Below, piece by piece: positions 1-10,741 of a DNA stretch of 64,000 nucleotides. Within the stretch, counting starts at the first letter, position 1, and every line of letters starts with the position of its first letter. The translations under genes and the position numbers were made by a program. Source of the stretch: an uncultured Spirochaetota bacterium (lineage in GTDB: Bacteria > Spirochaetota > Spirochaetia > SZUA-6 > Fen-1364); the NCBI GenBank assembly GCA_963781885.1, contig CAWAHW010000005.1, positions 1 to 64,000 on the forward strand, given 5' to 3'. The notes beneath the pieces were generated by a model that was not told the DNA's origin, searched no databases, and saw nothing but the letters and a program-made list of their open reading frames with translations.

Positions 1-479
1 TCCGGCCGGAACTCGTGCCCCCATTCGGAGATGCAATGCGCCTCGTCAACGGCGATCAGGGAGACCCCGAAGCGCGCGAGGGCGGCGCGGAAGCCGGGCA
101 CTGACAGCCGTTCGGGGGAGGCGTAGAGGAGACGCACGCGGCCGCCGGCGAGCTCCCGCCAGGTGGAGCGGGCGTCCCCTTCCGCGAGTGAGCTGTTGAG
201 AAAGACGGCGGGGATGCCGTCCTCGCGCGCGCCGTCCACCTGGTCCTTCATGAGGGAGATGAGGGGGCTCACCACGAGCGTGAGCCCGGTCCGCACAATG
301 GCCGGCAGCTGGTAGCAGAGCGATTTCCCGCCGCCCGTCGGGAGCGCGGCAAAGACGTCGCGACCGGAAAGGATTGCCTGGACGATCTCCTTCTGATTGG
401 GCTTGAAGCTCGTGTAGCCGAAGCTGCGCTTCAGCGCGTGAAGGAGCTCCTTGTCGGAATGGACAGGGTCCGCCTGCAT
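1..479 (-). CDS. recQ: RecQ-family DNA helicase, 5' part (runs off window)
   Basis: Hand translation from ATG 479: MQADPVHSDKELLHALKRSFGYTSFKPNQKEIVQAILSGRDVFAALPTGGGKSLCYQLPA...VVSPLISLMKDQV...LIAVDEAHCISEWGHEFRP (helicase motifs I, Ia, DEAH); not in the ORF track because it is truncated. Confidence 0.93.
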   Translation of the reverse strand, partial: MQADPVHSDKELLHALKRSFGYTSFKPNQKEIVQAILSGRDVFAALPTGGGKSLCYQLPAIVRTGLTLVVSPLISLMKDQVDGAREDGIPAVFLNSSLAEGDARSTWRELAGGRVRLLYASPERLSVPGFRAALARFGVSLIAVDEAHCISEWGHEFRP

Positions 480-484
480 GTGCG

Positions 485-2254
485 CTATGCCCCGGCCCGT
501 CCCGCAAGCTCTTCCCAGCGCGCGATCTTTGCTTCCAGCTCCCTCAGCACGGCGCCGTAGCGCCGCTGGTCGGCCTGGAAAGCGACCGGATCCGTCACGG
601 CGCGTTGGAATGCCTCTTCCAGGCCCTTCTGTTCCTTTTCCAGTCCTTCTATTTCCGACATGAGGAGCTCGTATTCCCTGTGTTCCTTGAAGGAGAGTCC
701 CGTCCGCTCGCGCCGCGGGGGCGGAGTCATCGGTGCCAGCGCTGCCGGCGCCTTTTCCTCTTCCGCTGCCTCCCGATAGTCCTCGTAGCTTCCCGTGAAA
801 CCGCGGATGCCGCCCTTGCCGTCGAAAACGAAAAGATAGTCCGTGAGCCGGTCCAGGAGGGCGCGGTCATGGGAGACCAGCAGGATGCAGCCGGGAAAAT
901 CGACAAGGTACTCTTCCAGCAGCCGGATAGTGTCCAGGTCGAGGTCGTTCGTCGGCTCGTCCAGCAGGAGGAAGTTGGGGCCGGTGGCCAGGAGCCGCAC
1001 GAGGGCGAGCCTCCGCACCTCTCCACCGGAGAGCCTTTCGATGCGGATGCCGTGCATGCTGCGCGGGAAGAGGAAGCGCTCCAGGAATTGCTCCGCCGTG
1101 AGCGATCCGCCGTTCTCCTGCGGAACGCGCTCGGCAAGCTCCTGCATGAAGTCCAGGACCGTGAGGGACGCGTCGATGCCCGCGCTGGTCTGCTCGTAGT
1201 GACCGAACACCGTGTTCGTGCCCTTGACCACCGCACCGGTGTCCGGTGAAAGCTCGCCGGAGACGAGACGCAGGAACGTCGTCTTTCCCGATCCGTTTGG
1301 CCCGAGGAGTCCGATGCGTTCGCCGCGGCGGAAGCTGTAGCTGAACGGCAGGATCACGCGCTGCGCTTCGAAGGAAATGCCCGCATTCTGGAGCTCCAAC
1401 ACCTTCTTTCCCAGCCGGCGGTGATGGGAGGAGAGCTCCTGCATCGCCATCTCTTTCTGGACGCCCGCGTCGCGCAGGTCAATGATGCGCTGCCTCCTGC
1501 CCTTGTCCTTGCCCGTGCGCGCGCGGGGGCCCCGCATCAGCCACTCCAGCTCGCCGCGGAGGATGGACACCCGGCGCTGCTCCGTGCGCTCCCGCATCTC
1601 CTCCCGATCCGCGCGCAACTGGAGGTAGCGCGAGTAGTTGCCCGGGTACTTGAGCACCCGCCGGCCCTCGATCTCCATGATCGACGTGCAGACCGCGTCG
1701 AGGAAATAGCGGTCGTGGGTGACGAGGATGAAACCGAATGACGCGCGGCGCAGGAGCGCCTCCAGCCACTCTATCGTCTCCAGGTCCAGGTGATTGGTCG
1801 GCTCGTCCAGCATGAGGAGTTTTGCGCCGCGCGACAGGCAGTGCGCAAGAGACGCCTTGCGCAGCATGCCGCCGGAAAACGCGTCCACCGGGGCGTCAGG
1901 GTCCGTCAGGCCCAGCTCCCGACAGAAGGAACGGAAGGAATCCCGCACGGCTGAGTCGCCGGGCTTGTCTTCGCCCGGATGCCTCCCGTGGAAACAGAGC
2001 TCCCGGAGCGTCGCGCCCGGCGCGAAATCCGGATGTTGCTCCAGGACGCTGATGGTGAGCTCCCGGTGCCGCGCGACGGAGCCCGTGTCGGGAGGCAGGA
2101 TACCCTGGAGGACGCGCAGGAATGTCGACTTGCCCGCTCCGTTCCTGCCGATGAAGCCGATCTTTTCCCCGTCATCAATGCCGAGGGTCACCCCTTCGAA
2201 GAGGGGGGCGTCCACGAGCGTCTTGCTCACGTCGTCCAATGACAGGACATTCAT
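485..2254 (-). CDS. ABC-F family ATPase (Uup-like)
   Basis: Two ABC domains (GRNGAGKS/FSGG/LDEPTNHLD and GPNGSGKT/LSGGE/LDEPTNDLD), no TM helices, C-terminal coiled coil LSFKEHRE...; start moved to ATG 2254 after a purine-rich RBS. Confidence 0.88.
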   Translation of the reverse strand: MNVLSLDDVSKTLVDAPLFEGVTLGIDDGEKIGFIGRNGAGKSTFLRVLQGILPPDTGSVARHRELTISVLEQHPDFAPGATLRELCFHGRHPGEDKPGDSAVRDSFRSFCRELGLTDPDAPVDAFSGGMLRKASLAHCLSRGAKLLMLDEPTNHLDLETIEWLEALLRRASFGFILVTHDRYFLDAVCTSIMEIEGRRVLKYPGNYSRYLQLRADREEMRERTEQRRVSILRGELEWLMRGPRARTGKDKGRRQRIIDLRDAGVQKEMAMQELSSHHRRLGKKVLELQNAGISFEAQRVILPFSYSFRRGERIGLLGPNGSGKTTFLRLVSGELSPDTGAVVKGTNTVFGHYEQTSAGIDASLTVLDFMQELAERVPQENGGSLTAEQFLERFLFPRSMHGIRIERLSGGEVRRLALVRLLATGPNFLLLDEPTNDLDLDTIRLLEEYLVDFPGCILLVSHDRALLDRLTDYLFVFDGKGGIRGFTGSYEDYREAAEEEKAPAALAPMTPPPRRERTGLSFKEHREYELLMSEIEGLEKEQKGLEEAFQRAVTDPVAFQADQRRYGAVLRELEAKIARWEELAGRAGA

Positions 2255-2354
2255 GCTTCCCTTCTCATGCGCGATGACTATACGCACGCGGGGTGCCGAG
2301 CGCAACGCGGGCGCCCCGAAGAGGGGAGTGCTGTCAGGATGCCGATTGCGAAGT

Positions 2355-3050
2355 CTACAGTGTCGGGTACTTCCCTGAGAGCAGATCGGGGAAATCCCGC
2401 TGCAGCGCCTTCACCTTGGGCCTGTCCCACGCCAGGATGTAGGGATAGTCGGGATTGTTGTCCATGAAGTTCTGGTGGTAGTCCTCGGCGGGATAAAACG
2501 CCTGGAGCGGGACGACCTGCGTGACGATCGGCTGGGAGAAGACGTGCCCTTCCGTCAGCTCGGCGATGTAGTCTTCCGCCGTCTTCTTCTGCTCGTCCGT
2601 GGAATAGAAGATCACGGACCGGTACTGCGTCCCGTGATCGGGGCCCTGGAAATTGAGCTCCGTCGGATCGCAGGCGACCGAGAAGAATACCTTCAGGAGC
2701 GTCCCGAAGCTGATGACCGAAGGATCGTACGTGATCTGGACCGACTCGGCGTGACCGGTGCGCCCGGTGCTCACGACTTCATACTGGGCAGTCGACGCAT
2801 CTCCCCCGGAATAGCCGACCTTGATGTCGGTGACACCCTTCAGGCGCTCGAAGACGCCCTCGACGCCCCAGAAGCACCCGCCGGCAAGCACCACGACCCG
2901 GGTGCCGGCTGTCTGCATGCCTTCCTTCGGGGGATCCGGGAATGTCCGCGCCGCAGGCGGGTCGGCACTCGGGCGGCCTGCGCATCCAAGGAGCACCAGA
3001 GCCCCGAACAAGGCGACGACAAGCGCCCGGGCGACATGCCTTCCGTCCAT
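2355..3050 (-). CDS. msrA: Peptide-methionine (S)-S-oxide reductase MsrA with lipoprotein-type signal peptide
   Basis: GGCFWG active site, GHAE, QYRS, FYPAEDYHQ; N-terminal hydrophobic stretch ending LLGC; GGAGG upstream of ATG 3050. Confidence 0.9.
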   Translation of the reverse strand: MDGRHVARALVVALFGALVLLGCAGRPSADPPAARTFPDPPKEGMQTAGTRVVVLAGGCFWGVEGVFERLKGVTDIKVGYSGGDASTAQYEVVSTGRTGHAESVQITYDPSVISFGTLLKVFFSVACDPTELNFQGPDHGTQYRSVIFYSTDEQKKTAEDYIAELTEGHVFSQPIVTQVVPLQAFYPAEDYHQNFMDNNPDYPYILAWDRPKVKALQRDFPDLLSGKYPTL

Positions 3051-3298
3051 TTTCCCCTCCTGGGACCGCGACATTGTTGACTTGCTATATATAACTATAC
3101 ATATACTGAGCAGCGGCGGCTACGGGGCAATCGTCATTACGACGACACGATCGATTCCTGGGCCCACGTGCGCTATCACCCCACGCTGTGGAAAGCCACG
3201 CACCGCGGGTGCTTTGCTTTTTTTTTACAAAATCGCTTCAGCCCGATGACAAACCCCGCGTCGCCAGAGGGTAGCCTCTCCTCATGAGAGGAGAACAT

Positions 3299-4414
3299 AT
3301 GAAGCGATTCCTTATCCGCAAGACATGGATCGTGGCCGCATGCGTCCTTTTCATCGTCGGAGGGCTTGCCGCGGCGGAGGAGAAGATCCAGCTCGCGATA
3401 CTCCTGGACACGAGCAATTCGATGGACGGCCTGATCGGACAGGCGAAAAGCCAGCTTTGGAAGGTGGTGAACGAGCTCGCGCGGGCGAAGCGGGGAGGCA
3501 AGCATCCGCAGCTCGAAGTCGGCCTCTTCGAGTACGGCAACGACGGGCTGCGTGAAGACGACGGCTACATCCGCGAGGTGTCGGACCTCACCACGGACCT
3601 GGACGCCATCTCGGCGGACCTTTTCTCCCTCAGCACGAACGGAGGCAGCGAATACTGCGGCATGGTCATCGACCGCGCGGTAGCGAAGCTTTCCTGGAGC
3701 AGGGCGAACGACGTGCTGAAGATCGTCTACATCGCCGGCAACGAGCCCTTCACGCAGGGCCCCGTGCCCTACGCGGAATCCTGCGCGCGCGCGGCGGCCA
3801 AAGGCATCATCGTGAACACGATCTTCTGTGGAACGAATGGGGAGGGCATCGATACGTTCTGGAAGGACGGCGCCGACCGGGCGGACGGCCGCTATATGAG
3901 CATCAACCAGGACGAGGTCGTCCAGGACCCCCAGACGCCGTACGACCAGGACATCGTGAGTCTCGGCAATCAGCTCAACGGGACATATTTGGGATACGGC
4001 GGCGCAGGGGAGGCGCTGAAGAGTCGGCAGGCGGAGCAGGACTCCAATGCGGCCGCGATGGGAGCGGCGGCGCCGGTGGAGCGCTCGGTGGCGAAGGCCC
4101 AGGGGTCGTACAGCAATGCCGGTTGGGACCTCATCGATGCGCTGGCGCAGAAGCAGGTGACGCTGGGAAATCTCAAGGACGACGAGCTGCCCGCGCAAAT
4201 GAAAGGCATGACCCTGGCCCAGAAGCAGAAGCTCGTGGCGGACCTCGCGGCGAAGAGGGCCGATCTCCAGGACAAGATCAACGCCGCCAACGAAAAGCGG
4301 CGCCTTTTCCTCGCGGACGCGGCGAAGAAGAATGCCCCGGCCGACACCCTCGACCAGGCAATACTCTCCTCGGTGCGCGACGAGGCGACGAGGAAGGGCT
4401 TTTCCATGGAATGA
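3299..4414 (+). CDS. Secreted VWA-domain protein
   Basis: Signal peptide MKRFLIRKTWIVAACVLFIVGGLAAA; MIDAS motif LDTSNSM; GGSEYCG and IAGNEPF; GAGGAG RBS. Confidence 0.8.
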   Translation: MKRFLIRKTWIVAACVLFIVGGLAAAEEKIQLAILLDTSNSMDGLIGQAKSQLWKVVNELARAKRGGKHPQLEVGLFEYGNDGLREDDGYIREVSDLTTDLDAISADLFSLSTNGGSEYCGMVIDRAVAKLSWSRANDVLKIVYIAGNEPFTQGPVPYAESCARAAAKGIIVNTIFCGTNGEGIDTFWKDGADRADGRYMSINQDEVVQDPQTPYDQDIVSLGNQLNGTYLGYGGAGEALKSRQAEQDSNAAAMGAAAPVERSVAKAQGSYSNAGWDLIDALAQKQVTLGNLKDDELPAQMKGMTLAQKQKLVADLAAKRADLQDKINAANEKRRLFLADAAKKNAPADTLDQAILSSVRDEATRKGFSME

Positions 4415-4440
4415 ATGTGAGCCCCGCGCCGTGGCGCGTC

Positions 4441-5406
4441 TCAGCCCGGCTCCGCGAGGTGGCACGCGCAGAAGTGCCCGGGCGCGAGCTCGCGGAGCGC
4501 CGGCTTTTCCTTGAGGCAGAGATCGACGTGGATGGGACAGTTTGAGGAGAAGGGACAGCCGGGCGGGAGCGTGAGCGGCGAGGGAACCTCGCCGGTGACG
4601 GGCGGCTCTCCCCGGGGCGCGCCAGGCTCCGTGCGGGGGATCGCGGCGATGAGAGCCCGCGTGTACGGATGGCGCGGGGCATCGTAGATCGTGGCTGAGT
4701 CGGCAAGCTCCATCACGGAGCCGAGATACATGACGGCCACACGGTCGGACATGTGGCGGACGACGCTCAGCGCGTGCGACACGAAGATCATGGTGAGCGC
4801 GTGCTCCTCCTGCATGTCCAGGAGCAGGTTGAGGATCTGGGACTGGACGCTCACGTCCAGCGCGCTCACCGGTTCATCGCAGATCACGACGTCGGGATTC
4901 ACGGCAAGCGCGCGCGCAACGGCAATGCGCTGACGCTGCCCGCCGGAATACTCATGGGGGTAGCGCGCGTAGCATTCTTCCGGAAGGCCGACGTCCTTCA
5001 GGAGCGACAGCACCTTTTGCCGACGCTCCGCGGCGTCCAGCCCCGTCTGGATGATGAGCGGCTCCTCAATGATGGAGCCCACCGTGAGGCGCGCGTTCAT
5101 CGAATCGCCGGGATCCTGAAATATCATCTGCATCCGGCGCCGCACGAATCTCATCTGCCGTTCGCGAAGGCGCGTGATGTCCACGCCGCCGAAGTGGATG
5201 CTCCCCGACGTCGGGGCATAGAGACGCATCATGACGCGCACCAGCGTGCTCTTCCCGCAGCCGGTCTCCCCCACGATGCCGAGCGTCTCGCCTTTCGACA
5301 CGGCAAGGTCCACGCCGTTGAGCGCGTGGACGATCCTGCGCCTCGTGTAGCGGCCTTGGGGAAAATGCTTCACCAGGGAGCGGACCTCGATGAGTGGTGC
5401 GCTCAC
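4441..5406 (-). CDS. Oligopeptide/dipeptide ABC transporter ATPase (OppF/DppF-like)
   Basis: GETGCGKS, YSGGQRQR, CDEPVSALD, HPYT and C-terminal GCPF..C..C..C motif; GTG start overlaps upstream TGA. Confidence 0.9.
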   Translation of the reverse strand: MSAPLIEVRSLVKHFPQGRYTRRRIVHALNGVDLAVSKGETLGIVGETGCGKSTLVRVMMRLYAPTSGSIHFGGVDITRLRERQMRFVRRRMQMIFQDPGDSMNARLTVGSIIEEPLIIQTGLDAAERRQKVLSLLKDVGLPEECYARYPHEYSGGQRQRIAVARALAVNPDVVICDEPVSALDVSVQSQILNLLLDMQEEHALTMIFVSHALSVVRHMSDRVAVMYLGSVMELADSATIYDAPRHPYTRALIAAIPRTEPGAPRGEPPVTGEVPSPLTLPPGCPFSSNCPIHVDLCLKEKPALRELAPGHFCACHLAEPG

Positions 5407-6390
5407 GACGCCTGGCCTGCCTTGAAGCAGCGCACCGCGTGTCCCGCCGCATGCGGCTCCAGCGCGGGTGCATGCGCGCGGCAGTGATCGTCGGCAAGCG
5501 GACAGCGCGGCGCGAATCGGCACGTCGTCGGGTAGGCCTGCGGGGCAGGAACGGTGCCGGGAATGGCCGGCAGGCGCGTCTTGGGAATGGAGGTGAGCCG
5601 GGGCATGGACCGGATCAGGCCGCGGGTGTAGGGATGCAGCGGCGCCGCGAAGATGCCGGCGACGGGACCCGACTCCACCACCTGGCCCGCGTACATGACC
5701 GTCACCTCGTCGCTGATCTCGGCGACCACGCCCATGTCGTGGGTGATGTAGAGGACGCCCATGCCGCTGGACCTCTGCAGGGATTTAATGAGCGCGAGTA
5801 TCTGCGCCTGCACGGTGACGTCCAGGGCGGTCGTCGGCTCATCCGCGATGAGGAGGCGCGGTCTTCCCGCCAGGGCCATGGCGATCATCACCCGCTGGCG
5901 CATGCCTCCCGAGAGCTGGAAGGGGTAGCTGGACAGCCGCTGCTCCGGCGACGCCATGCCCACCTCCGCGAGTATCCTTACCGCTTCCTCACGGCGCGTA
6001 TGCCGGGCAATTTCCGCGCGATGAAGCTCCAGGGTTTCGGTGATCTGCCGTCCTGCCGTGTGCACGGGATTCAGCGCCGTCATCGGCTCCTGGAAGATCA
6101 TGGCGAGCCTGCTCCCGCGCATCCGGTACATCTCGCGCAGCGGCAGGCCCAGCATGTCGATTCCTTCGAAGAGGATGCGGCCCGCCGTGACTCGCCCGGC
6201 CGGATGGGGGAGGAGCCTCATGATGGAGGAGGCCGTGACTGTCTTGCCGCAGCCCGACTCCCCCACCAGCGCCATCGTGCTCCCCGGGGCGGACGCCGAA
6301 TGAAACGCGGTCCACGACCTCCGTGGTTCCCGCATCGGTCGTGAAGGAAACAGAGACGTCCTGCACCGAGAGAAGCTCCTGGCCCTCCAT
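5403..6390 (-). CDS. Oligopeptide ABC transporter ATPase (OppD-like), one frameshift near 6285
   Basis: N-terminus [16 protein letters not shown]...[10 protein letters not shown] (5989..6390 frame) continues in the 5403..6335 frame as [14 protein letters not shown]...LSGGMRQR...DEPTTALD; the shift lies in a CCCCGGGG run. Confidence 0.85.
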
Positions 6391-6402
6391 GCGTGCAGCC
6401 TT

Positions 6403-8342
6403 CTACTTCGCCTTGTAGGAGTCGACCTCGTAGACCCGGGGCGCGTAGGCCTTCTTGTTCTTCATCGCGTCCTGGACTTCCTTCTGTATCGCCGGGTCGA
6501 TCCACATGTAGCCGAAGTATTCTCCGTAGCCCGCGCCGGGAGAGAAAGGCTCGAAGAAGTCGTCGAAGAACTTCGTGTCCAGCCACGCCGGGAAGCGCAC
6601 CCATTTCCAGGCCGCGCCGCGATCGTACGGGACGTAGTAGTTGGGGATGACGAGCGCCTCCTGGTCCACCATGCGCTGTATCTTTTTGTCGAGCGCGGCC
6701 CGGGTGGCCAGGTCTTCGGTTGCGCGGAATGCGTCCAGCAAAGCGTCCATGTCCTTGTTCGCGTAGCCCCAGAAGTTGTTCGTCTGGGGGATGTCGGCAT
6801 TCTTGGAATCGAAGAACTGCCAGTAGTCTTCATAGACGTTCGTCCCCATGCCCCCCCAGAATGCCTGGAAGTTCTTTTCGCTCACGGCGGCAAAGGCCCC
6901 CTGCTGCATGAGCTTCAGGTTGATCTCCACGCCGGCCTTCTTGGCTTCCTCCTTCAGCACGGAGAGCCTCTCGGTGTGGTTGGGGACTCATAGATGAGCT
7001 CGAAGGAGACCCGGTCACCATTTGCATTCTTGCGGATCCCGTCCGCCCCGACGATGGTGTAGCCGGCCTTGTCGAGGAGCAGACCCGCCTGCACCGGGTC
7101 GAAATCCGGCTTGCGGATCGTGTCGTCGTCGAACGCGATGCCGGCGAACGTATGGGCGATGCCGATGTTGTGGTACCGGGAGTATTCACCACGGAGCACC
7201 GTATCGATCATCTTCTGCATGTTGATTGCGTAGTACATGGCCCGGCGGACATTCACGTCGGAGAACAGCGGGAACTTCGTGTTGAGGATGATGCCGCTCA
7301 CGCCCGTCAGGGGCACGTAGAATGCATACTCGCGGTCGATCCAGCCGTTCCTGATCGGATCCGCCTTGGCCGCATCCGCCCACTCGCTGGGGATGATCTG
7401 GAAGAACTGGTCGATGTCCCCGTTGTAGAAGTAGTTGCGCGCGATGTCGTTGCCGCCGGTGATGACCTTGTACTGAATGGTGTCGATGTTGAAGCGGTAT
7501 CTGTTGTAGTCATACATGTACCCCCACCAATCCTTCACCTTCTTGAATGTCAGGCTCTCTCCCTTTGTGAAGTCGGCAAGGACGTAGGGACCGCCCGTCG
7601 GCTCCGCCTTCCATTGATAGGCATCCACGTAGTCGGCGGGCACCTCGTCGTTGTAGAACGCGCTCGGCCGGGGTGAAAGCTGCGTGTCGTAGAGCAGCTC
7701 GAGGGGATCCGACTTGGCGTTGGATTCGACGCTGATCACCCAGTCGCCGTATGCCTTGATGCTGACGATCTGGTTGGTGAAATAGTCATTGCTGTACGGG
7801 TCCTGGATATTCGTGCTCTTCATCATCTTCATGAGAAAGAGGTAGTCCTTGCTCGTGATGGGCGTGCCGTCAGACCATTTTGCCTTTTCGTTGAGCTTGT
7901 AATACGCCGTCTTGCCGTCGGCTCCGAAGGCCCAGTCCGTGGCAAGCGACGGCATGAACTCCTTTGTCTCGGTGTTCATCTCCGTCAGATTCGGGGTCGT
8001 CAGAAAGAAGCCGCGCGTCGACCCGTTTGCGTTCGGACCCACCGTGCGGAATGTCTCAGGGAACTCCTGGATGTAGGCGTGAAACGTGCCGCCCTGCTTC
8101 GCGCGGCTGGACCCCCAGACGCCCGGCTTGCTCGTATACCAGACGAGCTTTTCCGGAAGCCCCGGCACCTGCAGCTTTGTGTCCACGATTTGAGGAGAGG
8201 CGAAATTGGGCCTCTTTTCCGCGGCCATCGCCTTTTCGTCCGCGGACACCGCGGGTGACGTAGAGGCCGCGCTCTGCGCGAAAAGGGGCGCGGCAACAAA
8301 TGCCGCCAGCGCCGCGATGACGATCGAAAAACTCCTGGCCAT
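6403..8342 (-). CDS. Family 5 extracellular solute-binding protein (YejA/OppA-like), one frameshift near 6983
   Basis: Signal peptide, AKQGG, SLATDWAF, AKWSDGTPIT, GPYVL; adding one base to the G-run at 6982-6985 joins ...YESP to NHTERLSVLKEEAKKAG (6403..6960 ORF). Confidence 0.85.
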
Positions 8343-8385
8343 CTGACCTCTCCTTGTCGAGCGGTGTTCCGTGCAGCTCCACGAG

Positions 8386-9450
8386 CTACTTGTAGACCGT
8401 GTATTTCTTCGGGTCGAATGCGTCCCGCAGGCCCTCCCCGATGAAGGCGATCATGACGAGAACAAGCGTCATCGTGACCGCCACGGAGGACAGGATCCAG
8501 GGGGCGTCCGTGAACGTCGCGATGCCCTGGCTGATCAGGTCTCCCCAACTCGGCGTGGGCGGGCGGAGGCCGAAACCCAGGTAATCCAGCGCCGTGAGGG
8601 AGCTGATGGCGCTCTCCACGGCAAAAGGAAGCATGGTGACAATCACCACGAGCACGTTGGGGATGATGTGCACCGTGGCGATGCGCCACGTGCTTGCACC
8701 CATCGCGCGCGCGGCCAGCACGTAGTCCCGTTCCCTTTCGCGATAGGTCATTGCGCGCACGCTCCACGTCCGCGCGCTCCACCCGAATATCACGTAGATC
8801 GCCAGAAAGAGCAGGAACTCCGGCTGGAATATCGCCGCGACGATCATCACGACGTAGAGGAACGGTATCTGCTCCCAGATCTCGATGATGCGCTGGAAAA
8901 TGATGTCGAACCAGCCTCCCCAGTACCCCATGAGGCAGCCGACAATCGTGCCCAGCGTGAATGATGCCAGGACGTAGAGCGCGGCGAAAACCATGGCGAT
9001 GCGAAAGCCGTAGACCAGCCGGGCCACGATGTCCCGCCCGATGCGGTCGGTGCCCAGGAAATGGCGTTCCGCGAACGAGGGGGCATAGGGAGGGTAGCTT
9101 CCGTCCTTGAAGTCCTGCTCGTACGGGTTGTAGGGAACGGGCGGCATGAGGACCCAGCCCTTCCCGTTCGCCTTCAAGGTGCGCGCAAGCTCGCGGTAAT
9201 TCGTTTCGTAGTCGTAGCTCAGGCCGAACATGCGCCCCGCGAAAACCCGCGCGTAGGTGGGGAAGTACAGCCGTCCCTGGTAGACGACCGCGAGCGCCCG
9301 CGAGTTGATGAAAAGCTCGGCCAGCAGGGACACGACGAAAAGCACGACCATGATGCGGAATGACCAGTACCCGCGCCTGATCGACTTGAATCGATCGACC
9401 CGGGTCCGTGTGACCGGGTCGAGCCGCAGCAGGGGTGCCTTCCTCTTCAC
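8386..9450 (-). CDS. Peptide ABC transporter permease (YejE/OppC-like)
   Basis: HFLGTDRIGRD, EAA loop YVLAARAMGA, LDYLGFGL..PTPSWG, IGEGLRDAFDP. Confidence 0.9.
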   Translation of the reverse strand: MKRKAPLLRLDPVTRTRVDRFKSIRRGYWSFRIMVVLFVVSLLAELFINSRALAVVYQGRLYFPTYARVFAGRMFGLSYDYETNYRELARTLKANGKGWVLMPPVPYNPYEQDFKDGSYPPYAPSFAERHFLGTDRIGRDIVARLVYGFRIAMVFAALYVLASFTLGTIVGCLMGYWGGWFDIIFQRIIEIWEQIPFLYVVMIVAAIFQPEFLLFLAIYVIFGWSARTWSVRAMTYRERERDYVLAARAMGASTWRIATVHIIPNVLVVIVTMLPFAVESAISSLTALDYLGFGLRPPTPSWGDLISQGIATFTDAPWILSSVAVTMTLVLVMIAFIGEGLRDAFDPKKYTVYK

Positions 9451-10481
9451 TGGCCGAACCTGATCCGGGGGTCAACGAGCGACACGAAGACGTCGCTCAG
9501 CACGTTTCCCAGGAGCGAGACGAATGCGGCGATGGAAAGCGTGCCGAGCACGACCGGATAGTCCTGAGCGAGCAGGGCGGTATAGCCGAGCATGCCCATG
9601 CCGCGGATGTTGAAAATGTTCTCCACGAGAAAGGAGCCGGCGAGGAAGACCGTGATGATGCCGCCGAAACCCGATGCAATCGGGATCAGGCTGTTGCGGA
9701 ATGCGTGCCGCCACATCGCCTGGCGAAAGGTGCGGCCTTTTGCCACGGCGGTCTTGATGTAGTCCGCGGCCATGTTCTCCATGAGATTGTTCTTCATGAG
9801 CAGGGTCATCACCGCGAAATCCCCGATGGAGTACGAGATCAAGGGAAGAGCCATGTGCCGGGCCCTGTCGCCGATCTTCCCCCACAGGCTGAGGCTGTTG
9901 AAGCTGTCAGACTGGAAGCCGCCGAGGGGAAGGAGCCCCAGACGGAAAGCCACGATCGACAACAGGATGATCCCGATGATGTATCCCGGCAGCGCGTAGC
10001 CGATGAAGACGATGCTCGAAGTTGCGTTGTCGTAGAGGGAGCGGTGCTTCAGCGCCTTGCTGATGCCCAGCGGGATGGAGAGCAGGTAGGTGATGATGAG
10101 GGACGCGAGCCCGAAATAGAGGGACACGGGGATGCGCTCCCCGATCATCGGGAGGACCGGGTCGTCGTAGCTCGTCGACCTGCCGAAGTCCAGCCGGACC
10201 AGCTTGCCCAGCCACGCGATGTACGCGGGAACGACGGGCTTGTCCAGCCCGTAGAATTTCGCAAGCTGCGCGAGCTGCGCTTTGCTGAGCTGCGTGCCGC
10301 TCTGGGCGCGCGGGCCCGGGCCGCCTCGCCGGGAGTCCGCTCCATTGCCAAGCTGGTGAGAAAGGATGGCCTTCTCCAGCGGTCCGCCGGGAACCAGGCG
10401 CGTGATGAAGAAGATGACCATCGTGATCCCGATGAATGTCGGCACGATCAGGAGCAGCCGGCGGACGAAGTATCTCAGCAT
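9447..10481 (-). CDS. Peptide ABC transporter permease (YejB/OppB-like)
   Basis: MLRYFVRRLLLIVPT, PGGP, YGLDKP, DFGRS, YIKTAVAKG, HAFRNS, DYPVV, VDPRIRF. Confidence 0.9.
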   Translation of the reverse strand: MLRYFVRRLLLIVPTFIGITMVIFFITRLVPGGPLEKAILSHQLGNGADSRRGGPGPRAQSGTQLSKAQLAQLAKFYGLDKPVVPAYIAWLGKLVRLDFGRSTSYDDPVLPMIGERIPVSLYFGLASLIITYLLSIPLGISKALKHRSLYDNATSSIVFIGYALPGYIIGIILLSIVAFRLGLLPLGGFQSDSFNSLSLWGKIGDRARHMALPLISYSIGDFAVMTLLMKNNLMENMAADYIKTAVAKGRTFRQAMWRHAFRNSLIPIASGFGGIITVFLAGSFLVENIFNIRGMGMLGYTALLAQDYPVVLGTLSIAAFVSLLGNVLSDVFVSLVDPRIRFGQ

Positions 10482-10741
10482 CGGGCGTCACCACGGCGGG
10501 CCATGCATGAAAAATCCCGCGAAATCGACTGTTGGGCAAGGGGGGGAGAGAGGACATGCCATGGGCGCCGGTTTTCAGTATCGTGGATGAGGAGAGGAAT
10601 CGCCGATCGTGACGCGGGTTGCCCGGACCGCTCATGCAGCGCAGGCGGCCGATCGCGCGCAGGAGGGCACGTGGTTGCATTGAGCGTTGATCGCGGCTGC
10701 CGACAGAGGCGGCCGGCACGGCGTGCCGGCGGAGCCGGAGG

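Noticed and set aside
10482-10741. Riboswitch or sRNA between the peptide ABC operon and the aminopeptidase
   Set aside because: No recognisable aptamer or terminator; consistent with a plain divergent promoter region.
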